A DNA stretch of 64,000 nt, from positions 41,478,001 to 41,542,000 of the forward strand of contig NW_025963791.1 in the NCBI RefSeq assembly GCF_023055435.1, given 5' to 3'. Below are positions 1-12,866 of the stretch, piece by piece. The notes beneath the pieces were generated by a model that saw nothing but the letters and a program-made list of their open reading frames with translations, was not told the DNA's origin and did not search any database. Made by a program: the position numbers and the translations under genes. Within the stretch, counting starts at the first letter, position 1. The number at the start of each line of letters is the position of its first letter. Source of the DNA: Haliotis rufescens (Eukaryota).

Positions 1-757
1 GCAAAGGAAGACATCCACCAAATACTGTCAATTTCCAGACATTGCCTCTTGCGATAGCGATAGAATAAAAAACAGTACAATTCTTGTTTTCTTGCCATCA
101 GAGCAATGCTTTGTTTCAGTGAATATTTATCAACATAGATGAAATTGTATGTATAATTACAGGGCAAGGGCAGTTTATTTACTATTATCAATTGGCAAGG
201 GTACTATTTATAATTATTAATGGGTAAGGGAGATTTCTGTGTCAACCCTGTGATTCTGGCTAAACAGTTTTCAGTATTGTACTACAATCTATTCGTATCA
301 TGTCTAAGTATGAGCACCTGTTGTATCCGATTCATGGTTTGTTAGAAAGGGTCGACGTTGATCTGATCTGTTTGTTACCTCCATGGTGATGCTACTCATG
401 ACAAGTAAGCTTACTGAATCTTCATTGTAGTCGGTGTATATTTGTAATGTAAATATGTTCAGTTTGTCCATCTCATGTGTGTGAAGATCTATGAAAGGTC
501 TTAGTGTTATATTTGATATTGAATGTAGACATTGTTGCAAATGGGAGCAATATCATCAACTTATTTTATGCCATTATTAGGAAAAGTACTTGGAATACAA
601 ACTTCAAGAAAGCCTCCGTTCTCTCATGGTGGATATAATCATTTCACCTTTTAGCTGTTTCAAATTTCTAAAGATATGAATAATTTCATTTAATAAGTTC
701 AATTGTTTTTCATAGATGAATATTTTGTGTCATTTTCCATCTCCACACCTCTTTCAG

Positions 758-2291
758 GAAATTGTTTGTCAAGGAATAATAGAATAAGTGTGGCAAATCG
801 ATGTCATTTCTGGTGAGCATCGGGCAGAGGAAATCACAATGCATTTGATGTTAATAATGAATCCGTTCTTGCAACAGTGAGGAAATTCAGTCGAAATGCT
901 TATAACGAACTACAGTTATAATGACCTAAAATTAGTGTTCCTTTGAGTTCGTTACAACCGTAGTTTACTGTGGATGAATGTGGATGAATGTGGGTGGGTT
1001 TTAAGAAAAATACCCCCAATTGTTGATGATACAGAGGAACCTAGTTTGTCCGGACACAGTTAATACGTTAATACCGAAACTACACCTTCAAGGAAATCAC
1101 TACCAGTAACGTCTGGTCATGGTTAGAGTGATTAATTCACACAATTTCAAGCATTATAATACAGTCCGAACAAACAGGGTTTCAGATATTTTTGCACATA
1201 TTTCCTATCGTATCATTTCTCCTACAACTTACAATGTACTTGTATGTATATACTGTACATGAACCTGCCTACAGTCCCTCACTGTCTTGTACACTTGTGT
1301 AAATAGCTGTCCATGTGCTGTCCATGTGCTGTGTTTCACAAATGTACATAGTAATCAAAGTGTTCAAAATAGTCACCTGCCACTTCACAAGCAGGAACTT
1401 TTTAAAACATGTTCTGAAAATTTCCCCTTTTCCCCATAACAGGAATAGTAGTCGCTGTCAACACTGGTACTGTAAGTCATGACCTTCTACACTGCAGTAT
1501 CGTAGAAAAAGATGTCATAAAGTTAATTACAATTTTGTTAGTCAGGGCACCATTTTACCAGTTTGTACAAATATGTATCATCTGAGCTGACTTCACATAC
1601 ATGGTAAACAATAGGGCTGTAACGAATACACTATGACGCGAATACAATTCATATCACGAATATAGGGTAACGAATACGAATATTAATTTACGAATACAAC
1701 AAGAAGTCAACAGTTGATGTATTATTGTTATATTCAGTGAAATAATAACAACATAAATTATTTGACTTGGTTTGTTAATAATTAATATAATATACATTTA
1801 TATACTCCACTTATCCAGGTGCTAGTATCTGCTCAAATGACAATGACCAGTGACCACAATACTGTCATATTATATATTATAAGAGTGTTGTCTTTGGAGA
1901 AATCTATGCAAATATGTTCTTAAAGATATTTTTAGGTACAGGGTATGTAAATGTACATGATTGCATATTCATAAATATTCGATTCTAGTGGCCACGAATA
2001 ACAAATTCAATTCATGAATGGATATGGTTTGATTCACCAAATACGAGAGTAAATCGTAACAGCCCTATTAAACAATGCCCATTGACTTCATAGTTAAACA
2101 TGAAAGTGTTTTCAAGGTAGGTGTGAAGTGTTGGACACTTTACTAATATTACTGACATCTTCAGTGTTAGAACCGGACAACATCCAAGCCAACTGGAAGA
2201 AGGCGTCCTGCAACCCTACATTCACATGCTTGTCATGGCTTTGATGTGGTGGTACTATGGGCCGGTGGGAATAAACCTGAATCGCAAGTAG
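758..2291 (+). CDS. Last two coding exons of an unidentified gene whose upstream exons I could not locate (partial)
   Basis: Exon 758-812 (ctctttcag acceptor, TG|gtgag donor) has only one open frame, and it splices in phase to exon 2165-2291 (ctgacatcttcag acceptor). Peptide: xNCLSRNNRISVANRCHFCVRTGQHPSQLEEGVLQPYIHMLVMALMWWYYGPVGINLNRK*. AATAAA near 2558. Not in the ORF track, and I do not recognise the protein. Confidence 0.6.
1612..2067. mobile_element. hAT-like MITE
   Basis: TIRs tagggctgtaacga / tcgtaacagcccta. 8-bp flanks gtaaacaa / ttaaacaa match 7/8. Subterminal acgaata repeats. Confidence 0.75.
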
Positions 2292-3574
2292 CATGGGCTT
2301 GTTGAACACGATGGCTAAAAAGTGATTATGGTCTGGTGTAATTTGTGAATATATTTCTATTTGCACAGTTTTAGCCAGTAATGCAGTATTTTAATAGCTT
2401 TACATCATGTGACTTTCATGTTCAAAGCTGCTATTTTCAACTCTGTCAAGGTAGACAAGGTAAACAAAGACAAAGTAAACAATACTGAAACTTTATTTTG
2501 TGAAGTATGGTCCTATATAAAAATGCAATATATTTTCTTATCTTTATTCAATGACTCAATAAAATTCAATGTGACGTGCTGGTGTCTAGTTGTCTTTATC
2601 CAACACTGACTCTATCAGGTATGTTGCTTCCTCTCGCGTAACTCAAACTGTTGTTTCTCATGATATGTTGTATGCATATTAGGCAACTTCTGAACTGTGC
2701 CCTTGGCTGATCAGAATTTTTAGAAACTATTTTTTGCATTTCCATGGCAACACATTAATATTAAGTATAAATGGGTTTGTTTCTGGAGCTTTAGTAATAA
2801 CTTTTAATATTTCTTTATGAATTTTTGTATGCACATCAGGAAACTACTGCACTGGTGCTACATCAATTGGGACGCACCAGGCGGACATTTTTTATATAAA
2901 ACGTGGGATGCATAAAACCAGTTATACCCCGAGCAATACTGCTACAACAAATTTATCTTGCCACATTACAATCTGCCACTGTAAAAGAATGAAAAAACAC
3001 ACCTGAAAATTGATAGAAAACAGCTGTTTGATTGTGCTGTGTGACATGACTTTCATAGACCTGAAAACAAGATGCAGCTTTTTGCTTTGTAGCTGGATAT
3101 AAGGGATCTATTCTCCCACTCAGAAATATGTTTCCCTCCCGGGCGAGATGCACAGCATTTTATCATACCTCAGTGTCAGAATAATGAGATCTGATTGGTC
3201 CATTTGATCTTGATAAAATACTGTGTATCCCATCTTGGAGGGGAATAAATTTCTCAGCTGGAGAATAAATAAATAAATCCTTTATACCCTGTCACGGACA
3301 AGAGAGGCTGCTCATGGATTTCTGAGAGGCAGAATAAATCACTTATAACACGAGAAGTATGACACACAAACAACCTGACTAAAGAGGTCTAATTACCAGT
3401 TCTACAAGAATTGAAAAAAAGAAAACAAATCGGATCAAAGTTTAAATTTATTTTTTATAGTTACATTTGGTCAACTGTATAACACTGAGGCCATCCGAAA
3501 TAATGAACTGTTGTCCAACATGGCTGCTACAAGTATATCCTCTCAACACACAATGGGGCTAGGGCCATTTGAAG

Positions 3575-6500
3575 TTAATGGTACTTGGTGTGGCGGTGAT
3601 TTGCTGAAACAAAGGACATTTTTAAAACTAAGATCATGAAATATTCAAGCAGATTTATGTCCTCATCCTGGGCTAGTCATCAATTTCAGGTGAGTGGGCT
3701 TGTGTGTACACTAGCGGTTGGTTACATTTGACCACATTCTAAATGGCATTCATGTGTTCATAGCTTTTAGCCATGGGAGCCGTGCCAATTTACACTCATC
3801 AGAGGGCTACATATAGTATGTGATCTAGACAAGATTAGGTGCCTCACTCTGGCAGTGTGGGTTCGAATCCTGGATGGGACTCAACCCTAAGAAGTGCTAA
3901 AATATGTACTTTACTAAGAAAGTGTTATCCCAAATATAACATTTGTTAGCGTACACATGTTAAAAATTAACACTAAATCATGTTATTTTAGAATATTAAA
4001 GAAAAAAAGGAGGCATAAAATCATAACATATTTCAAATATGCATGGAATTGCTTAAATTCCACAAACTGACATCTCACACTTGCAGTTATGCATGAACAA
4101 GGATGACTGACATTCTCTTCAGAACATTCTCAATAGCATCATCAAGAAAGATATATTCCAAATATTTCTATGGAAAGACGATTGTGAGAAATGCAATACT
4201 CACTGTGGCCTCTGTACTGTAGAAAGTAGTAGAAAACAGACAACCCTACACAGACTTGCACCAATGGGGCCACGGAACCCCTCTTGACAAGCAAGTACTT
4301 CTCAGCCCAGCGCCAGTTAGCTAATCAACAAATAAGGAACACTATAAAGATAAAATCATTGGTATTAATACCTAAACATTGCCTTGATTAAATTTACGAA
4401 TTGGAACAACTACTATATCCACTGGCAGCATGCAAAGTAAAAAAACAGGCCAACAATCTTTCTCTAATTGTCATGGATACAACAGCTCTAACTTAAAAAC
4501 CCTTAAACTGTCTTATCATCAAACTGCATCACTTCAACACGTTCACATTTGTCTGCCCTTGGAATGTACATCACTGATACTTGTTTCAGTCAAAATCACC
4601 CCAAATGAAAATTAACAAAACATCTAACTATCAAAAGAAACAAACTCCCCAACAATCCTCCCATCAGTAGATCTAGGAGTGAAGGGAGAAACGATATGTA
4701 TACTTTAGCATGTTTGGTATTGAGGATGGGGTTCAATGTAGCTTCACAAATGACAAGAACACTTTTGTATTGAAGTGTGGTATTGAAGACTTCTAAGTAA
4801 TGCCTATCAAACAATTCAAAGTAGAGACAATTTATGGATTACAACTTCTTTATTTACTGTGAAGACGATGTTTAGGTATAGATCCTTATACCGTTGTCTA
4901 CTTTGTCAAGTACTCACTTGTTCATGAGAAACTAGCTTAATTAGATTAACTCAAGTGTCATGAGCACGTCAATAAAGAGTGGTAAACACAGCTTGTTATT
5001 ATCATTCACTCCCAGTTACGTGGACGAATAGTTGGAAGGCTAGGATAAAACTGAATGTCTGATTTGCTGAACGACTTGAACAGACAGATGCATAGACAGA
5101 GAAAGTACATTCTTCTGTTTACAGATAATGCTCCATCTCATCCAAACACCCTATTGAGCAACGTGAAGATTGAATTTTAGCTCCCAAATACATCTCTGTA
5201 ATGCAGCCAATAACTGTATGAGTTATTACAGCGTTCAAAGCAGAGTTTCATAAGCTGCTCTTGAAATCACCTGTGTCTCAAATAGACTGTGTAATCCGGA
5301 CTTCGCCATAAACCATAATTCTTTTAACAGTCCCAACTGAGTCTAAATTGGACAGATACCACTTATATATAAAAAACACTTTTTCAGAAATATTGAAACT
5401 TTATCAATACGATTATTTCTAGGCCAGCTGAGAAGGGTACAAGTACAGAATTTATTCTTTGATCCATACAGTCATAGTAACACCATACCGTGAAGTACTA
5501 TTCCCTGACATGACATAATCTGATGGTAGGATGCTATTGACAACCTCCGCTTAAGGGAAATGTCAGGCTGCAACCATACCTTGAATCAAGTTCTAGATCA
5601 TCAATATTTGCATTGAGAGGCGGGAACCCGTAAATAAACACGTCTGGACCAGACAATCCAGTGATTGACACCATGAGGAATGATTCATTAAGTCGTCTCG
5701 TACGTGATCAATGTGTGATTTAGTCATTAAAATACTTAATATCATGGCTGTTATCATAACTAAAAAGAAATTTCAATACAGTAATAGGAAGACCAAAATA
5801 CTTTGTATCTCTTAATGACTAATGTTCGAACATCATTTCAAGGCGAGTTCACGGTGAGTTGGTGTGATTTGCGCTTTTATTCTATATATACCAGTGGAAA
5901 TATACAAACCTCTGCTTAAGGCAGCAAACATTCCTTACTAGGGCTGGGACTATCCAAACTTACTATCCATTTACTACCCGTTTACCCACCCCCCTATTAC
6001 CCGACCCTACCCGGGGCCCTGCTGTTTGTCTCAAGAGATTGGGAATAGTTTGATCGTAGCCCTGGCAAAATGTATTTACATACTCATATAAAACGATCTG
6101 GTCGGGCATTCACTGATGTTGACTGAAGTTTTATCTCTATTCAAACATATAAAGTCAGAAGTAATGCGTGCATAGACAGAAAGAGAAGCGGACATTAGTC
6201 ACTTAAGTTCTAGATAATATTTGCCATTAAACAATATATCACTTGACTAACCACGGGTCCGGGTAGTCCTGTGTGTATCCGGGTCCTACTCAGGAACCAC
6301 CATACCCGAGTTACCAGCCCTAAAATATACCAGTGGTACTGTACCAACCTCTGCTTAAGGCAGCAAACATACCTCATTCTACATATACCAGTAGCACCAT
6401 ACTAACCTCTGCTTAAGGCCTTATCGTCTATACACCAGAAGTACTATACCAACCTCTGCTTAAGGCCCTATCGTCTATACAACAGTAGTACTATACCAAC

Positions 6501-7662
6501 CTCTGCTTAGGGCAGCAAACATTCCTTGTGGGCTGAAGCTGCGACGGGAGATCCATGATCCAACCTCTCCAAGCTTTACATCCCCAAGAGGTATATCCTC
6601 TGCAAACATGTGATGAAGGTTTAGTGTCTTTCTCAATGAAGGGTTAATGATCTTCAACATGTGCACTCATTAATTATATATTTTAAAAGTTCTAGGAGAA
6701 TATTTCACCACGTATGAGTGAGTGAGTGAGTTGGGTTTAATGCCGCTTTTAACAGTATTACAGTCATATTGCGGCGTGTCAGCTTAATGTGGGAGGAAAG
6801 CCCAAAGTGATGCAGGTCTCAGACGTTTCCCACTTCGGTGAAACCCATGAGCACAGGTATGGTGCTGACAAACGTAGAAACATAATCGGGTCGAACCGGG
6901 ATTCGAACTCAAGATCATATGTTTCTGGTGTGGCCAAGGGACGCAACTCTGCACAGCGAATTGTGGCGCCATAGACGACTGGGCCACCCATGCCCCCTTC
7001 ACCACGTATGAAATGAGTGCATGCATGTTTCTATAATTTTTTGGCAACAGTCCCTTAGTGTACAGTAGGAAACTATAAGTTGTCAACCAACCTAGGTACA
7101 TGGACTCACACAGAGGTATTGTGTATGAATGAGCCTATGTACTCGGAGCCTAATGGCTCAGGGTACATAGGCTCACACACAGGGTAGGCTAAATCTCACC
7201 ATATGCCACGAGGGGCCGGTTGACAACGAAATGATCTTACCGACATTCATTCATACAGACTTGGAACATTCCATAGTCTCTAGATTCCAAACATCATTAG
7301 ACAACATATAAAGAAGGGGTTCACGTACATTTCTAAACCATATGCGCTGATAAATGATTAATAGCATGAATATCAAATAATGTATTCGTGATAATCAGCT
7401 TATAAGCTCAAATAGTTCCATCTATGCATCAACGTTTAGCTATAAGGTGAATGGTGTTAGGCTCAAAACAAGACGACCGGCATGACCTTGCATGTGCTGC
7501 ACTTAATTTCATCAACAAATTCGAGATGATCACATTTAAACGCATTATTATGTACACAGACAGTAATATTGCAGTAAACATACTTTTCCCGTAGAAGCGA
7601 CCAGGGACATAAGGCCCATGTACTCTTGGATTGTACTCCGGTGGATACTCGCCAGCCCCCAT
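3575..7662 (-). CDS. ATP5MF: Mitochondrial ATP synthase subunit f, 107 aa, 4 exons
   Basis: Exons 7662-7584, 6599-6501, 4320-4204, 3603-3575; all GT-AG and in phase (324 nt). Protein MGAGEYPPEYNPRVHGPYVPGRFYGKKDIPLGDVKLGEVGSWISRRSFSPQGMFAALSRANWRWAEKYLLVKRGSVAPLVQVCVGLSVFYYFLQYRGHTNHRHTKYH has the invertebrate subunit f motifs YNPxVHGPY, VKLGE, WRW and terminal KYH. AATAAA on - near 3447-3452. Confidence 0.96.
3738..3950. repeat. Dispersed repeat; second copy at ~56140-56380
   Basis: Shared tggcatt..gtgttcatagctttt..ggcagtgtgggttcgaatcc..ggactcaaccc..tgtactttactaagaaagt..tatcccaaatataacatttgtta. Confidence 0.8.
4788..4915 (-). mobile_element. Penelope-like terminal-repeat relic
   Basis: Reverse complement matches 43680-43770 (gacaacggtataaggatctatacc..ataaagaagttg). 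The cttctaagtaatgcctatcaaacaatt segment is joined in inverted orientation. Confidence 0.55.
5040..5290 (+). pseudogene. Decayed pogo/Tigger (DDE_1) transposase fragment
   Basis: Translates LLNDLNRQMHRQRKYILLFTDNAPSHPNTLLSNVKIEF*LPNTS, matching the pogo pattern DNAPSH...FLPPNTT, with a stop and a frameshift. Confidence 0.8.
5885..6500 (-). repeat. Degenerate tandem copies of the ATP5MF exon 2 3' end plus donor site, interrupted by a MITE-like insert (5939-6322)
   Basis: aacctctgcttaaggc(agcaaacat) recurs at ~5907, 6346, 6404 and 6451, versus the real junction at 6498-6522. The insert has tagggctgg / ccagcccta ends. Confidence 0.8.
6718..6997 (-). mobile_element. tRNA-derived SINE family A, full length
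   Basis: A-box-like tggcccagtcg and B-box gttcgaatcc on -; (ACTC)n tail; perfect 14-bp TSD ttcaccacgtatga at 6704-6717 and 6998-7011. Confidence 0.92.
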
Positions 7663-7759
7663 CTTGGTTGTGTATGGATGTAAGAATACAATACCGGTGC
7701 GTTAACCATGAAAGTAGTTCACGGGGCGCATTTGTTTAGGTATTTCTATTCTTGACCAA

Positions 7760-8365
7760 CGCGTAGATGTTCATGTTGCACGTAGAAATGAGAAGGCTGA
7801 TAAATCGGCAAAGGCTGCATTAGACTTTGGTGACTCAGAACAGGATGTGACATTATTACCTTCTCCTGCAGAATTAGGCACTGTCAGTAAGATCCATCCT
7901 CAAACACAATGGCACCACAGAGATGGGCATCACCCTACTTACTTACTTTGGAGATTTAACGTGCGCTTTCCGACTGATGCGTATTTCGCACACGGAGGGC
8001 ATCACCCTCCCTATCAAGCCTTTTATTACTAAATTAAAAATATCACGAACCAATCACAGAGAAGAGGTTCTCTTAAACAGACTTCGTCTTGGGCTTTGTG
8101 GTCTTGGTGCATATCTTAATATTATTAATAAAGACATTTCTGCACATTGTACAGTGTGTAGTCAGCTAGACAATTTCTCCATTATTTACTGCATTTCCAA
8201 AATATGTAAATCAACGAAAGGCAGTGGTGGAGTAGCTTATAGTTCTCCATATTGACCTCTCATTGGCTGGACTATTATGTTCTTGGAATATATCGTTCGA
8301 CATGAAGTTTAGAATGTAATTCTTGCTTATATTAAAGCGTGTGGCAGTTGTGCTATACTTTAAGA
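7760..8365 (+). pseudogene. LINE (I/Nimb-group-like) ORF2 3' fragment, RNase H end plus C-terminal zinc-finger region
   Basis: Peptides NEKADKSAKAAL and HREEVLLNRLRLGLCGLGAYLNIINKDISAHCTVCSQ, with frameshifts. Confidence 0.75.
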
Positions 8366-9418
8366 CAATTCTAGTACCTTAATGACTTTAAACCTTACTC
8401 ACGCAATCTAGTAAGTTAGCAAACCTTTATTATGGGCAAGGTGTAAATGGGCCTAGCTGCCCGAACACCTATAAGATTTGCAATATATGAGTGACTACAG
8501 GTAATGTGCTCATTCAGAAAGTATTCGAACACCCAACATTTGAAACAGACTGCGTTCAGATGGCTGTATTCAATAACAAATAATTGCCTCAAAATGCCCT
8601 ATGCAACACATCCAATACAGAATACTAAGAGACTCGTGAAGACCCGGATTAAAACCAACCAATTATATTTCATAATTTCACTTATTTTGAGAAAATAATT
8701 GAAATAACAAGAAAATAATCAAAGTAACGAGAACAATTAGAAGTAGCGAGAAATAAATGCTACCAAAATGGCACCATTATGCTTTCATTACACGCAGAAT
8801 AAGGGGTAATCTTCAGTGAAAAAAACATTCGTAATACTATCCATGTCCACAGTTGTGTCGAAATGGAAAGGGACGCAACTCTGTTAGCCCCCCGCCCCGC
8901 TCCGTTCGTACACGGCTCAACAAGCGTCAATCAAATGCGCCCCTTGTTCAACATTATTTTCGTTGTTAGATTTATCGTTCTCTTTATGTCCATGTAGTGG
9001 AAATTATGACCGAAAAAGAATATTACACAATGATATACCTATAATAATGCAAGTAGCAGATTTCACCAAAGTAGAAAGCCGGTTTATGTTATGAAGGGGA
9101 ACGTTTTCCGAGCAAGCATTGTGATGTGTCTACTTCCGGATTTTCACTTTTCCTGCGAAGTTCTGTTTGAGGCTTTTTGTTGAACAGTGTTGTCACGTCT
9201 GTTTTTTTTAATAACTGTCCAGTTATTTGATATGAAGTAAATGCAAAGGAGCCGTTATGGGATGGACGTAACCCAAGAGCACTTGTTTGAATGTCTACCA
9301 CTAGATCTACACATTGTTATAACTCGAAGTCCTTCCATCACTGCCTCATTCGTCTGTGGGGAGGCTTGCGCTTTATGAAAACTTACATTTTTTAGAACAA
9401 TCAGCTTGTTTGCGCACA

Positions 9419-10714
9419 ATGCTTATTACAGACCTACCGGATGTTGTCCTTGTTAAGGTACTTTCATACCTTGAATGGGAAGATAAACTTATTCTAACAA
9501 GCGCCGTTCCTTCTATAGAGAATCACCTTAGAACGTCTGCTGCATGGCCCTGTTTTGAGTTTGCACCTAGTGCTGTCACAAAGTCTGATTACACCACGAC
9601 TGCAGAAAACTGTGTGAAGGAATATGGACAGTTCTTTAGAACATTTCGTTCTTTGACTTGCATGGAGACCAACTCAGTGACAAATGAACATGCAAGTATG
9701 TTTAAACTTGTCGGTGAAAACTGTCGTCATCTGCGTGGTTTTCACATGGAGCAAGGTAGTGATGGCTTTTGTCATGGACAACATTCAACTTCAAACCGCG
9801 ACATGGAAGAAGCACTGACCATATTGACGACATGTAAGGATTTGAAGAATGTAAGCCTGTTCCTCCCGTGCGAGACTGAGATTCAGCCCAAACCCTTCCT
9901 GTTGCTTCAGCTGATTAATCTGGGTGTGACAAGCTTTGTCACAGCCTTAGATTTGTCAAGTATCAGTTGGACGATGAGTGAAAGACAAATGTCAAGTTTG
10001 CTTAATTTTCCTAATCTGAGAGAACTGAGTTTACAGAAATGTAATGTTGACTCGACCCTTGTTCTGGGTTTAGCCAAGCAGAGTTTGGTACAGCTAAACA
10101 TTTTCCAAGAAAAAGAAATGTTTGATGTTGACATCTGCCAGCCTAATGATAATGACTGGGAAAGGATTCTAAAACTGAAACCAGACATGAAAGTGAATAT
10201 CACATTTGATGGAATCATACTTGTGAAAACTATGTTTCCGTCCAGAGTACCACTGAAACAGCTATCACTGAATGATATATCCAACAGTCTAACAAAGGGA
10301 ATGATGGACCATTTCACAAACAATTACTGGAATACACTGGAAGTATTTAAGTACACAAATCTCCTACATGAACAAACTCGAACTTCAGATACCAGACTTC
10401 CATTTGCTTTGGTAAGCTTTGCAAAGAAATGTTTAAAACTCCAAAGGATACATTTTGATGTTCCTCTGTCAAGCACAACAGTATTGTTATTAGCGCATGC
10501 AAGGAAGTTCCAAGAACTGCGAGTGATAAGAGATGATGTGTCTTATGAATTTGACTGGAAGAGAGCAGAGAGCACAATGACACCTGACTTTGTACAGTGG
10601 CTTAAAGAAAGTGGGCAAAATGAAGCCCAGTTGGAAAAGGCTGTGTCATCACTTCTGGGTTTTAAGTGGAAGTTATGGAATCTGCCTCTCAGTTTTTCCA
10701 ACAAATCATTCTAA
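9419..10714 (+). CDS. F-box/leucine-rich-repeat protein (FBXL-like), 431 aa, intronless CDS
   Basis: Long ORF. N-terminal F-box pattern LPDVVLVKVLSYL..DKL; LRR-like segments (CRHLRGFHM, FPNLRELSL, CLKLQRIHF); C-terminal VSSLLGFKW. First ATG is 9419 (the track start at 9356 is GTG). ATTAAA near 10769. Confidence 0.88.
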   Translation: MLITDLPDVVLVKVLSYLEWEDKLILTSAVPSIENHLRTSAAWPCFEFAPSAVTKSDYTTTAENCVKEYGQFFRTFRSLTCMETNSVTNEHASMFKLVGENCRHLRGFHMEQGSDGFCHGQHSTSNRDMEEALTILTTCKDLKNVSLFLPCETEIQPKPFLLLQLINLGVTSFVTALDLSSISWTMSERQMSSLLNFPNLRELSLQKCNVDSTLVLGLAKQSLVQLNIFQEKEMFDVDICQPNDNDWERILKLKPDMKVNITFDGIILVKTMFPSRVPLKQLSLNDISNSLTKGMMDHFTNNYWNTLEVFKYTNLLHEQTRTSDTRLPFALVSFAKKCLKLQRIHFDVPLSSTTVLLLAHARKFQELRVIRDDVSYEFDWKRAESTMTPDFVQWLKESGQNEAQLEKAVSSLLGFKWKLWNLPLSFSNKSF

Positions 10715-12866
10715 GATTGTGTTCATGCCTGGATTGCCACTTATCTTATGACAATTATGATCATGATGATTAAAATATTTTCAAAATATCAGAGATCTTG
10801 CTTTGTCATTGAGTGTTTAAAATCAGGACTTAATTTATTTTTCATGTGTTACTGGGTATGGTGTAAGAGGTTTTATACAATTATGCTACTTAAAACAAGT
10901 TAAGGTTCCACAATACTATTTTGCGATTCTTTCTTGCTTATCTTGCTTGGTATCTTAAGGCTATCTGTCCGAGGTTGTCAGATAAGGTTTTAAGGAAGGT
11001 ACTTGACAAGTTATGGAAAAAAGCAAGTGATAATATATTTATGTAGAGAGGCGAATGTCCGAGTAACTCTCCGTTCCTTAGAAATAATGGAGATGAGGCC
11101 AATTATTTTTAAGGAATTGTGAGTTAGGAGGATAAACCCCTACTTTGAGAAAAACATTGCCTGAGAAAATATCTATAAAAAAACCAGGATCATTGTTTAT
11201 GCCAGCAACTGAGGTTTGCGCTAGGCAGTGCTTAGAAGTGCATGGAAGCAGTCTATGCACTAGTACGTTTCATTTCGCTGTATCTGCACACATCGAGATA
11301 CGTGATGTAAGCGTATGTTATGAAGCAGAATACCATACAGGACTTAGCATTTGACCTTTTATAGTTGTGTTTTGGTGTATTAAATGTAAATAATTTTACC
11401 GCACTGATGTGAAACAAGTAGGCTACAGCAATATGCATCCTCTGCGCTGATCAGTGATGGATAATCAGCTTTAATTAACTCCTTATTGAAACATTTTAGT
11501 TGAAACAGCAACCAGAAACAGATGCATAGTAATAAATGAGTAAGCCTCGCCTGCTTGAACACTGGCAACTTCATGAAAGTTCAATGTGTTTGTTGTTATT
11601 CCCTACAGTGCTTTTGGTTGCCAATTTTGTTTTGGCCTCTCAGCACTGCTAAGCACCTTCCCAAGTTGCTGACTTTCGCTCTTCAGCGCTGTGTCACAGC
11701 GGGGTGTTGTATAGCGCAGCAATGGACAGCGATGGATAACACTAGGCCTAAGCAATGCGACTCAGAACTCTTTGTAGCCTGTGTTTATTGTGAGTTGCCT
11801 GAGTGATGCTTGTAGAATGTCCTCTGCTGCTGTTGCACGCTTGCCAAGGTCATTTATAATGTTTTTAGAATTATACTGTTGAGTGTAAATAGGCTGACAC
11901 CTACACGATCCATGGCATAATCCTATTGAGTTTAACACAATAATACTTCAAACACGTCAAAAGTTGAAACGTATGAATTTAATATCATACAATGGTCCAC
12001 CTTTAGAATTCAGGCGTTCGTCCCACAAAATTATCGTAGTGCTAAGGCTATCACAACTCACATAATTTAACTTAGACTAACGACTGTCGTTGCGCTAGAG
12101 TACGATCGCCTTGTGGAACGGGGCCTTGCACCTCAAAGTTTACAATGACGTCACAATACCCGATGACGTAATTTGTTGAATTTTGTTGCAAGTTCCATCG
12201 GCGAAACAATGCCATGTGACGTCAGCCTAGCAACAAGGTTGCTGGGGTCATCGAGTGTGCATAAGCTCCTCCCAGTGATCTATCATCTCCACACACAATG
12301 TCGTTGAATACGCCAAGGGATGTTGAGAGCTTTCAATATTTGTTCGTGAAACGTGTTCCGAGAGTACATAAGCACGCGTTTTGGTATTACACAATGTGTA
12401 ATAAAGCTGTATGTTTATTAAACGGGTGATCTCTTCACGGGCAAGTAATAAATTGCAGTATTAAAGGATAAACATGATAAAGGTTGATATGTACTCATGT
12501 TTTGTAAACAAGTGGCAGCACAAATATTGGTAAAACAGAACACGCTCTTTTTTTCGTATTGGAAGTATCCTTGAACCATGCAAACTGCTTTAAGCCGACT
12601 GGAGACCTGAGTGTACTGATTGCCGTAATCTACGTACATATTTGCATATTTATGTTCCATATGTGTATGATTTTGCATTAAATGCAGTCAGTATTTGCAT
12701 CCAGTTGGATGCAGTCAATCAGGTGTAGAAGACTGGAAATCGTCACCAGATACAGATTCCGCAGTCTGTTGATAATGCTGTTATTCACACAGTCTCATAG
12801 CAACATTTCTTTGAGCAATAGCCCTCTATTCTTCAATACTCCACTGTAGTCACTTATTAAACAGTC

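Noticed and set aside
3770-3810. Possible hammerhead on - (ctgatga-gtg..cac)
   Set aside because: The required GAAA after stem II is missing here and in the 56200 copy.
9356-9418. 21-aa N-terminal extension of the F-box ORF
   Set aside because: It starts at GTG; the F-box begins immediately after ATG 9419.
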